A program made the translations under genes and the position numbers. DNA of 17,201 nt. Source: a candidate division WOR-3 bacterium (GTDB taxonomy: Bacteria > Hydrothermota > Tepidihabitantia > Tepidihabitantales > Tepidihabitantaceae). Under the pieces are notes generated by a model. That model worked only from the letters and a program-made list of their open reading frames with translations. It searched no databases and had not been told where the DNA came from. Shown piece after piece: positions 7,041 through 14,416 of this stretch; position 1 is the first letter of the stretch, and each line of letters opens with the position of its first letter. The stretch spans positions 1 to 17,201 of the forward strand of contig JBDRUH010000029.1 of assembly GCA_039801225.1 (NCBI GenBank). Reading direction: 5' to 3'.

Positions 7041-9980
7041 CTATCTTATTCGGACTGTTTTCCCCCAGGTTTCGCCAGTCGGCGTCCAGACGCGATAGAA
7101 GTAAATACCCCGGGGAACTAAGGTGTTAGTTTCATCCCGACCATCCCAAATAAAATCCGCTTGACCAGCAACCGGTTTTGTCTTTGCTAAATTCCTTATT
7201 AGCCGACCGGTATTGTCATATATTTGGAGACGGACAACGCTCGGCTGAGTTAAGAAAATGGTGAGGTTTGTTTGGGAGGTGAATGGATTCGGCTGGGCAG
7301 AGGTTCGCAGCGTCCGGCTTTCATTAAAAGTTAAAGGCGGGGTTTCATCAATTCCCACATTCATATTAAATCCGACCACTTTCATAATCTGGTTGTTATA
7401 CCCGGAGGAGTATTGCATAATTGTTATCCAGTAAGAGCCATCTCTTGGGTCGTATTCAATCCCCCGCAGGTTCCATTCGGTATTGGGAAACCGGTATTGT
7501 TTACGGAGAGTTCCGGTTATTCGGTCAATTTCCTGCATTGCGCAGGAATCAAAATATGTGCCCGCCGCATCAAACCAGGTAAATATATTTAAAAGCGAAG
7601 GGGTGTTAGTTTGACAGTGGTAGTCAAGCGCCAAACATCTCGTGCCGTAATAACCACTGACCGGATGGATAATGGTGTCAAGAATATTGCCCAGTGTGTC
7701 ATAGACAAAAATCCGCTGTTGATTTGTTGTCCGCCGGTCGCTCAGATAAATTTTATGGCTCTCTTCGTGTTCCACCACCCCGCAGGGGTATTCGGGCTGA
7801 GGTGTGTTGAAGTAACGGACAACCGTTCCCGTTGGGGTAATTTTATAAACCCGTTTAGATGGGTTGGCAACAAGCCAGAAGGTATTGTCATAGGAACAGT
7901 AGGAGATATCGGTGCAGGAGTCTTCGGGTAGCGAGACCGTTCCCTGTAACTGAAGTAAGCTATCCGAAGTGTACTTATAGGCTAAAGCGCTCATAAAGTA
8001 GACGCAGTAGATCAGGTTGTCCTGTTGGTTGTAGGCGACGCCGTAAAGTCCCCAGTCACTTGGCATTCCCGGACAGGGCTTTGGTCCCCAGATAATAGTT
8101 CCGGGTTGAGGTGGAGGTGTGCCAATGGTGAGAAGGATGCGAATTTTTGTTGAGTAGTCGGCACTTTCACCCTGGACAAATAACGAGCAGGGTATTATTG
8201 TACCCGGTGGAATTGAACCGGATGCGGAAAGGGCAATTGGGTCGGCGAAATTGGTCGTCTCCTTTCCCGAGGGGATATTACCCCAACTGCCGATTGAATC
8301 GGTTACGGTCAGTCTGTTATCGGTGGAGCGGAATACACCAACAATGTTATTACAGCCAGCACCGCCTGAGTTACGCAGGGTTATCAACAACCGGGCATTC
8401 TCACCCGGGTCAATCTTGCCGTTATTATTACCGCCAGGCGGAGAGTCATTGACGGTTACTTTTCTTAATACGATGAGAGGTCCGCCGGAACCGGTAACAT
8501 AATTAACCGCGGCTAAGGCATCAATCCTGCCGGCACCAAAGTCATTATCTTTCCCCGGTGCTCCAAGGTCTACCGCAGTTACTTCTAAAATTGAATCCAC
8601 CACCGCCGGGGTTAAATCCGGATTTTTAGAAAGCATGAGACAGACCGTCCCGGCAACATGGGGTGTTGCCATTGATGTCCCTTCGTTATCGTAATAGCCA
8701 CCGCCAATTTTACAGGATTTTATTGCCACACCGGGCGCGCTCATATCCGGTCGGGTCAATCCAGGTGGATAGGCATAGTCGTTATAAGGAGAAACATTCT
8801 GCCAGGTTACCGGCCCCTGACTGGAAAAGTCGGCGATGGAGTCAAGGGAATCGGTTGCGCCAATTGACATTATTCCTGAGAGCGTCCCTTCGCCGGTGTT
8901 TTCGGGATTCCACCAGGGTGGCGGCACATTTCCAGGGCAGCGGCAGGAGTTCGGAGGAGAGAGGTAGCGTTCATTACCAGCCGCGACAACTTGGATTAAA
9001 CCGGCGGCATTCACATTGTCGGCTGCCTGGCGCCAGGTCGCCTGATGAGGACTCCAAGAGATTTGCCAACCTAAGGACATAGTATAAAGGTCAGCACCGT
9101 TATTTGGTGATAAGGGCGGTGAGACGCAAAATTCCATCGCCTGCCAGCATTGGCTTTCGGCGACTGAATCTGCCACGGTCCGCACCCGGCAGACCATCAG
9201 TTGAGCATCAGGGGCAACACCGCACTGCGTTCCGCTGGTGCCATCGCTGGCTACTGTGCCAGCGGTGTGGGTGCCATGACCATTTTCGTCCATCGGGTCG
9301 TTGTTATTTTCTTCAAAGTTCCAGCCATGATGGGGATAGTTAGGGTCGGTCCACAGATGGTCAGACAGGTCTGGGTGGGTGTAATCACAGCCGGTATCAA
9401 TATGACCGCAGACAACTCCTGCGCCAGTAAAACCCTGCGCCCATACCTCGGGTGCTTTAATTTTATTTACCCCCCAAGTAATCTCCTCACCTCCGTTTTC
9501 ACAATCCTTTCCTGGTTCTAATAGGTCAGGGCAGTATGCTAAATCGTAGTTGACATAGTAAACTTCTTCTCTTTCGCTAATCTCTTGAATAACCGCAGGT
9601 GTTGCTTCACAGTATATCGCATTCACAATCCATAAGGGGCGGATATCGGCAACTCCGCCGGATGATGTCCGGGATTGGAGAAATTCCAATAGATTTGTCT
9701 GTTCCCGAGTGGAAAAATCTTTTAAAATCTGGGCAACCTTTACCCGCCGTTCGCGTCGTGAGAGTCCTTTGACTAATACACTTAACGACTCCTTGTCAAA
9801 CTGATTCTTCAAGACGATATGGATGGGCAAGCGCTGATTACTCTCGGCGGTAGTTAGGTGCTTTTTTAGTTCAGGCGTAATTAGTCCGCCCAGTGGCTCG
9901 TTATAAGATTCAAATAGTTGATTCGGGAAAATTGCTCCTATGAGCATTACTGAAATTATCAAAGCGGCTCTTTTTATCAT
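7041..9980 (-). CDS. Secreted multidomain S8 (subtilisin-like) serine peptidase with C-terminal FlgD-Ig/T9SS-type domain
   Basis: 979 aa. Catalytic triad HIDTG / NGHGTHTAGT / GTSMATPHVAG, oxyanion AAGNE, signal peptide and propeptide. C-terminal PNPFT...IYDNTGRLIRNL...WDGRD...GIYF. SD GGAGAGG. Confidence 0.93.
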   Translation of the reverse strand: MIKRAALIISVMLIGAIFPNQLFESYNEPLGGLITPELKKHLTTAESNQRLPIHIVLKNQFDKESLSVLVKGLSRRERRVKVAQILKDFSTREQTNLLEFLQSRTSSGGVADIRPLWIVNAIYCEATPAVIQEISEREEVYYVNYDLAYCPDLLEPGKDCENGGEEITWGVNKIKAPEVWAQGFTGAGVVCGHIDTGCDYTHPDLSDHLWTDPNYPHHGWNFEENNNDPMDENGHGTHTAGTVASDGTSGTQCGVAPDAQLMVCRVRTVADSVAESQCWQAMEFCVSPPLSPNNGADLYTMSLGWQISWSPHQATWRQAADNVNAAGLIQVVAAGNERYLSPPNSCRCPGNVPPPWWNPENTGEGTLSGIMSIGATDSLDSIADFSSQGPVTWQNVSPYNDYAYPPGLTRPDMSAPGVAIKSCKIGGGYYDNEGTSMATPHVAGTVCLMLSKNPDLTPAVVDSILEVTAVDLGAPGKDNDFGAGRIDALAAVNYVTGSGGPLIVLRKVTVNDSPPGGNNNGKIDPGENARLLITLRNSGGAGCNNIVGVFRSTDNRLTVTDSIGSWGNIPSGKETTNFADPIALSASGSIPPGTIIPCSLFVQGESADYSTKIRILLTIGTPPPQPGTIIWGPKPCPGMPSDWGLYGVAYNQQDNLIYCVYFMSALAYKYTSDSLLQLQGTVSLPEDSCTDISYCSYDNTFWLVANPSKRVYKITPTGTVVRYFNTPQPEYPCGVVEHEESHKIYLSDRRTTNQQRIFVYDTLGNILDTIIHPVSGYYGTRCLALDYHCQTNTPSLLNIFTWFDAAGTYFDSCAMQEIDRITGTLRKQYRFPNTEWNLRGIEYDPRDGSYWITIMQYSSGYNNQIMKVVGFNMNVGIDETPPLTFNESRTLRTSAQPNPFTSQTNLTIFLTQPSVVRLQIYDNTGRLIRNLAKTKPVAGQADFIWDGRDETNTLVPRGIYFYRVWTPTGETWGKTVRIR

Positions 9981-10024
9981 ACACCTCTCCTTTGGTTTTT
10001 AATCCAAACATAAAAATCGCTCAA

Positions 10025-10052
10025 ATTATATCTCTGTTTCATCTATGGTCAA
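10025..10052 (-). promoter_or_regulatory. Putative sigma70-type promoter of the S8-propeller-Yip1-TolC operon (TTGACC-N16-TATAAT)
   Basis: Minus strand: TTGACC at 10052-10047, perfect TATAAT at 10030-10025, about 45 nt upstream of the ATG at 9980. Confidence 0.7.
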
Positions 10053-10125
10053 GGTTATGGACAAAGCGGTTGTCTGCACAGGTAAAATTTGTCCTCAGAG
10101 CTACTTTCGTCTCTCAATTTAAGGT

Positions 10126-10139
10126 ACACCTATAGGTGT
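10126..10139. promoter_or_regulatory. Perfect 14-bp palindrome ACACCTATAGGTGT, candidate operator
   Basis: Exact self-complementary sequence lying between two divergent candidate promoters. Confidence 0.4.
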
Positions 10140-10165
10140 GCTTCTTAAAATTGCACTGATGAGAT

Positions 10166-10193
10166 TTGACAAAAGTCTGTAAAACTGTAATCT
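10166..10193 (+). promoter_or_regulatory. Putative sigma70-type promoter of the lipoprotein gene (TTGACA-N16-TAATCT)
   Basis: TTGACA at 10166-10171, TAATCT at 10188-10193, SD AAGGAG at 10202-10207, ATG at 10215. Confidence 0.6.
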
Positions 10194-10214
10194 TAAAACG
10201 AAAGGAGCGATAAC

Positions 10215-10856
10215 ATGAAGAAAAAGCTGTTTGTGATACTTATACTTGGCGCAGTGGCGGTTTTTGTCAGTTGCAACCTTTTTGGCGGCGGTAAAGAGGA
10301 TTACTATCCGACAACTGTCGGCAGCAAATGGGACTATTCAGGCTATGTCCTGCGAAGCACCGCAACCGACGCCACACCGGATACGATTGAAAAGATAAAT
10401 GTTACCGTAAGGGCAACCAAAAGGGATAAACTTAATACGGGCGAAGATGTAACCGAAATGGTTTCAACTATGGATGTCCATATTTACTACCCTATGGACA
10501 CTACCTATACAGGAGTTGATACCAGCTACATCCGCGAGACCGAAAATGCGGTTCTGGAGTATGGTAGTAAAAGCGAAATAGAGCCCGACACCATCCTTGC
10601 CCTTCCTCTAACAAAAGATAAAACCTGGAGTAATGATTCTTACAAAGTGATCGACCAGGAGAATGTTACGGTTCCTGCTGGTACTTACAAGAAAGCTTGG
10701 AAGATAGAGCATACGACAACCGAGGGTGGTGAAACCTATAAAGAATACTACTGGTTCGCCAATAACATCGGGCTGGCAAAAGTCTTCTGGCAGCAGTCCT
10801 ATGGCACCGACTTGATAACCTTTACTATCGAACTGGTCTCAGCCTCTATTAAATAA
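10215..10856 (+). CDS. Hypothetical lipoprotein, beta-strand rich
   Basis: MKKK + hydrophobic stretch + FVSC lipobox, YYPTTVGSKWDY, C-terminal ENVTVPAGTY...WFANNIGLAK motif, strong SD. Confidence 0.8.
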   Translation: MKKKLFVILILGAVAVFVSCNLFGGGKEDYYPTTVGSKWDYSGYVLRSTATDATPDTIEKINVTVRATKRDKLNTGEDVTEMVSTMDVHIYYPMDTTYTGVDTSYIRETENAVLEYGSKSEIEPDTILALPLTKDKTWSNDSYKVIDQENVTVPAGTYKKAWKIEHTTTEGGETYKEYYWFANNIGLAKVFWQQSYGTDLITFTIELVSASIK

Positions 10857-10880
10857 TAACCTTCTCATCTCAACCTCCTT

Positions 10881-10912
10881 ACGGGCGGCACATCCCGCCG
10901 CCCGTTCTTTTT
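10881..10912 (+). terminator. Rho-independent terminator
   Basis: 9-bp stem ACGGGCGGC/GCCGCCCGT with a 7-nt loop, followed by TCTTTTT, about 25 nt after the lipoprotein stop. Confidence 0.88.
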
Positions 10913-11036
10913 GCTCTCGTTTAGTCATGAGAACCTCAGAACCCATAACTCATCCCCTATAAATTACCCGCTGAAAACCCAATGCAAGACAAACCTTTAG
11001 GTCTGTATTCTAACCTTTTTGATTTTTAAATTTTTC

Positions 11037-11065
11037 TTGACATGTGAACAATCGTTCACTATAAT
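11037..11065 (+). promoter_or_regulatory. Perfect-consensus sigma70 promoter of the lexA-polymerase cassette (TTGACA-N17-TATAAT)
   Basis: TTGACA at 11037-11042, TATAAT at 11060-11065, 17-bp spacer. Confidence 0.88.
11044..11059. promoter_or_regulatory. Putative SOS box / LexA operator GTGAAC-AATC-GTTCAC
   Basis: Perfect 6-bp inverted repeat with a 4-bp spacer. It contains the GAAC-N4-GTTC core of the Firmicutes/Actinobacteria LexA box and lies between -35 and -10 of a lexA-like gene. Confidence 0.82.
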
Positions 11066-11071
11066 TGACCT

Positions 11072-11656
11072 ATGCGTAAGAAAACGGAATTAAGAGAACG
11101 GGCAGAAGAGATTTCACGGTTTTATCAGGAGAGACGGCGGATGCCTTCGTATTCAGAAATCGCCGGTCTGTTTGGCTGGCGTTCTAAGAATGCGGTCTTC
11201 CGTTTGGTAACAAAACTGGAACACCTTGGTCTGATTGCCCGGGATAATAAGGGTAGGCTCATTCCCAAAACAGTTATCAATCCGTTAAAGGTTTTGGGCA
11301 CGGTTGAAGCCGGGTTTCCCTCACCGGCTGAGGAGGAACTCTTAGACAAAATCTCACTTGACCAGTGGCTGATAAGTAACCCTAATGCCGCTTTTCTTTT
11401 GAAGGTTACCGGTGACTCAATGTCCGGTGCTGGAATTCTACCCGGAGATATGGTTTTAGTTGATCGTTCTTTGGTACCCAAAAATGGCGATATTGTCATT
11501 GCTGAGGTTGATGGCGAGTGGACGATGAAGTATTTCTTCCGGAAAGGCGGTATGGTAGTTTTGCATCCAGCAAATCCGAAATATCAGCCAATAAAACCAA
11601 ATGATGAGTTGAAAGTCGGTGGGGTGGTTACCGCAGTGATCAGGAGATATCGATGA
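11072..11656 (+). CDS. lexA: LexA-family repressor (winged HTH + S24 peptidase) with UmuD-like cleavage loop
   Basis: 194 aa. wHTH MPSYSEIAGLFGWRSKNAVFRLVTKLEHLGLI, Ala-Gly site VEAGFPSPAEE, catalytic Ser in VTGDSM and Lys in WTMKY. Confidence 0.88.
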   Translation: MRKKTELRERAEEISRFYQERRRMPSYSEIAGLFGWRSKNAVFRLVTKLEHLGLIARDNKGRLIPKTVINPLKVLGTVEAGFPSPAEEELLDKISLDQWLISNPNAAFLLKVTGDSMSGAGILPGDMVLVDRSLVPKNGDIVIAEVDGEWTMKYFFRKGGMVVLHPANPKYQPIKPNDELKVGGVVTAVIRRYR

Positions 11657-12897
11657 GCAATCAACCATTAATAATTTTTGACTGGCATAATGCGATAATG
11701 CATATTGATGCCGACGCCTTTTTTGTTGCCTGCGAACAGGCGACTAACCCCAGACTTTTAGGCAAACCGGTGGTGGTAGGTAAGGAGAGGGGAATTGTTA
11801 CCGCAGCAAGTTATGAAGCAAAGGAATTAGGTGTAAAGAGGGGGATGAGAATCTGGGAGGTGAAAAGACTCTGTCCGGAGACGATTGTCATTAACTCCGA
11901 TTACGAGAAATACAGCCTATTTTCAATGCGGATGATGGCAATCCTTAGAGGTCTTTCTCCGCTGGTTGAGGAATACTCAATTGATGAAGCATTTGTTGAT
12001 ATAACCGGTCTCAGGCGTTACTATCGCTGTTCTTACGAGGAACTTGGTCGCCGGGTGAAGGAGAGGATTAAAAAGGAACTGGGTATATCGGTATCGGTCG
12101 GCATCAGCCTTACCAAAGTTCTGGCGAAAATTGCCTCCCGGCACAAAAAGCCGGATGGTTTGACCGTAATTCCGGGTAGACAGGTTCATCGTTATCTAAA
12201 GAGCCTGCCGGTTGAAGAGGTGTGGGGCATTGGACATAATACCGCTGCCTGGTGTGCAAAATTGGGCATCAGAACTGCGCTGGAGTTTGCCCGTAAGCCC
12301 GAGGATTTTGTCCGGCGTAACTTCGCTAAACCATTATATGAGATATGGCAGGAGTTGAATGGCAAACAGGTGTATTTGGTCTCTCCTGACCCCAAAACCA
12401 GTTACAAATCCATCAGTAAAGTCCAGACCTTTTCACCGACTGCGGACCGGTTTACTGTTTACGCTCATCTCAACGCCAATCTTGACGACGCCTGCTTCAA
12501 AGCCCGGCGCTGGCAACTGGTACCTCAGCGACTCATTCTATTTTTACGGACTCAGGACTATCAGGAAAGGGCGATAGAATTGAAACTTACCTCTCCCTGT
12601 GCCTATCCCTTGATGCTCAGCCCTTTTGTCCAGAAGGGTTTTGAAGAGATTTTTCAGCCCGGGGTGGCTTATCGCCAAACCGGTGTCGTCCTTACCCACC
12701 TAATTTCGTCCCGAAATATTCAGTTTTCCCTCTTTGAAGACCCGGTGAAACTAAAGAGAATAGAACGATTATATCAGGCGGTTGACAGCCTTAAGATAAA
12801 ATTGGGGGATGAGGTATTGACCAACGGGCTGTGTTGCCAACGTTCTTTTAAAGAGAATCGTTTAAAAATTCCGTTGATGAATATAAACTTGAGGTAA
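11653..12897 (+). CDS. dinB: Y-family translesion DNA polymerase (DinB/UmuC-like)
   Basis: 414 aa. HIDADAFF, ASYEAK..GV..GM, YSIDEAF, SVGIS.TKVLAKIAS..KPDG, VWGIG, little-finger domain, and clamp-binding-like QFSLF. ATGA overlap with lexA. The family is secure; dinB versus umuC is not. Confidence 0.88.
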   Translation: MSNQPLIIFDWHNAIMHIDADAFFVACEQATNPRLLGKPVVVGKERGIVTAASYEAKELGVKRGMRIWEVKRLCPETIVINSDYEKYSLFSMRMMAILRGLSPLVEEYSIDEAFVDITGLRRYYRCSYEELGRRVKERIKKELGISVSVGISLTKVLAKIASRHKKPDGLTVIPGRQVHRYLKSLPVEEVWGIGHNTAAWCAKLGIRTALEFARKPEDFVRRNFAKPLYEIWQELNGKQVYLVSPDPKTSYKSISKVQTFSPTADRFTVYAHLNANLDDACFKARRWQLVPQRLILFLRTQDYQERAIELKLTSPCAYPLMLSPFVQKGFEEIFQPGVAYRQTGVVLTHLISSRNIQFSLFEDPVKLKRIERLYQAVDSLKIKLGDEVLTNGLCCQRSFKENRLKIPLMNINLR

Positions 12898-13006
12898 TTT
12901 CGTTAGAAAAAGCCAACCGATAGGGTGTGGTTGTTTAAGATTGAAGACCGCAACAGACTTAAAAGGTAAAGGTGACAAAATTTTCCGCCCGCAAAATAAT
13001 AAGCCC

Positions 13007-13034
13007 TTGACCTGAAAATGAGTCTAACTATAAT
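13007..13034 (+). promoter_or_regulatory. Putative sigma70-type promoter of the C-N hydrolase operon (TTGACC-N16-TATAAT)
   Basis: TTGACC at 13007-13012, TATAAT at 13029-13034; ATG at 13044 with no SD in between. Confidence 0.7.
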
Positions 13035-13043
13035 TTTCTCCTT

Positions 13044-13832
13044 ATGGTAGTCGGAGTTTTCCAGTTTGCGCCCAAACCAAAGGCAATTGAAGAGAATCTT
13101 ACCCGTATAATCAGACGGCTCACCGATATTAAAGCCGACCTGGTTGTTCTCCCTGAATTGTGCCTGACTGGCTATATGTTTTCTTCCCGGGAAGAGGTTT
13201 GTAAGTATGCCCAGAAGGTTCCTGACGGTCCGGTCCTTTCTGTGCTTTTGGATTTCTGCTCTCGGCGTAACATGAACCTTGTTCTCGGCATTCCAGAATT
13301 GGCTGAAAATAGAGTATTCAATTCGGCAATTTTATTAACCGCCACAGGTAATATCCACCTGTATCGCAAGGTTCACCTCTTTGGTGACGAAAAAGAGCTG
13401 TTTGACCCGGGTGACCTACCCTTCCCGGTTTTCCAAATAGATGGAGTAAAAATTGGTATGCTGGTATGTTTTGATTATTTTTTCCCGGAAGGTGCTCGCA
13501 GTCTGGCGTTGCGCGGCGCTCAGATTGTCTGCCATCCAGCAAATTTAATTCTCAAATACGCCCAGACGATGACAATTACCCGCTCTCTGGAAAACCGCGT
13601 TTTCTGGCTTCTTGCCAATCGCATCGGCACAGAAGAACTGAATGGTAAACAGTTGAGTTTTACCGGGGAAAGTCAAATTGTTGCCCCGGATGGGAGTCTA
13701 CTTGTTCGGGCTCAACCGGATGTTGAAGAACTGCTGCTGGTAGATATAAATCCGCTTCAAGCGTTGGATAAAAATGTGACCCCAAAGAACGATATTATCG
13801 CCAACCGGCGACCCGAACTCTACTATCGTTAG
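13044..13832 (+). CDS. Nitrilase-superfamily carbon-nitrogen hydrolase
   Basis: Glu-Lys-Cys triad motifs VLPEL, YRKVHLF and LVCFD; also ENRV..LLANRIG, GESQIVAPDG and RRPELY. Confidence 0.92.
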   Translation: MVVGVFQFAPKPKAIEENLTRIIRRLTDIKADLVVLPELCLTGYMFSSREEVCKYAQKVPDGPVLSVLLDFCSRRNMNLVLGIPELAENRVFNSAILLTATGNIHLYRKVHLFGDEKELFDPGDLPFPVFQIDGVKIGMLVCFDYFFPEGARSLALRGAQIVCHPANLILKYAQTMTITRSLENRVFWLLANRIGTEELNGKQLSFTGESQIVAPDGSLLVRAQPDVEELLLVDINPLQALDKNVTPKNDIIANRRPELYYR

Positions 13833-13840
13833 GAAGGAAA

Positions 13841-14416
13841 ATGAAAAAGTCCACCTGGGAAACGCTCTGGACGATGATTTATATTGTCGCCGGATTGACT
13901 GGGGGTTGGCTCACCTGGTTTTTTCTCCCGGGAAGAAAAATGGCTCAACTCCCGCCTAAACTGCTTCCTTTCCTCATCCTCGGGTTAGCTGGTGCCTTAA
14001 TATATGCTGCGGTTCGACTGCGCGGTTTGGGTTATGCGATTCTGATGGTTATTCTCCTTTTCTTTCTACAAATGGCTTTAACCCCTCCTTTACGAAAAGA
14101 GGCGGCGATTCGAGCGGGAATCTGGGCGGCACCTTTTGGAGTAGGATTCATTGCTACTGGATATCTATTCCGCCTCTTGCGCCGGGTGCCATTAGGAAAG
14201 TTTATTCTGATGGGAATTATGGCTGGCCTGGCACAAGCAGTGGCTGCCGCCGTGTTTCGTATCCGTGCTGGAGAAACGGTATCTAAGGTGCTTCTTTTAT
14301 GGCAAGTTACCATCGGTGGTATGCTGGGTATTTTTCTTGGCATTCTTATAGAGATTTTTGAACTGCTGCCCATCAGGAAAAGAGAAACCTTAGATAGAGA
14401 ATTTCCTCCAATCTAA
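13841..14416 (+). CDS. Hypothetical integral membrane protein (about 6 TM)
   Basis: 191 aa with alternating hydrophobic segments; purine-rich AGGAAGGA upstream; TAATG coupling to the next gene. Confidence 0.75.
   Translation: MKKSTWETLWTMIYIVAGLTGGWLTWFFLPGRKMAQLPPKLLPFLILGLAGALIYAAVRLRGLGYAILMVILLFFLQMALTPPLRKEAAIRAGIWAAPFGVGFIATGYLFRLLRRVPLGKFILMGIMAGLAQAVAAAVFRIRAGETVSKVLLLWQVTIGGMLGIFLGILIEIFELLPIRKRETLDREFPPI

Noticed and set aside
7611..9521. Several 79-139 aa ORFs antisense to the S8 peptidase
   Set aside because: Shadow ORFs with no recognizable motifs, lying opposite a well-supported gene.
10059..10094. Inverted repeat GGACAAA ... TTTGTCC in the divergent intergenic region
   Set aside because: Only 7 bp with a 22-nt poorly pairing interior; no recognizable riboswitch or ncRNA features.
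10930..10951. Short direct repeat AGAACC-TC-AGAACC upstream of the lexA promoter
   Set aside because: Too short to distinguish from chance, and not in the inverted arrangement of the SOS box.
11008..12908. TTCTAAC / GTTAGAA pair suggesting integron attC core sites
   Set aside because: Does not match RYYYAAC/GTTRRRY, the two are about 1.9 kb apart rather than forming an attC hairpin, and no integrase is present.
12902..12948. Segment starting GTT and ending ATTGAAGAC, resembling a CRISPR repeat end, with a weak hairpin
   Set aside because: Single copy, no repeat-spacer periodicity and no cas genes. The hairpin is too imperfect to call a terminator.
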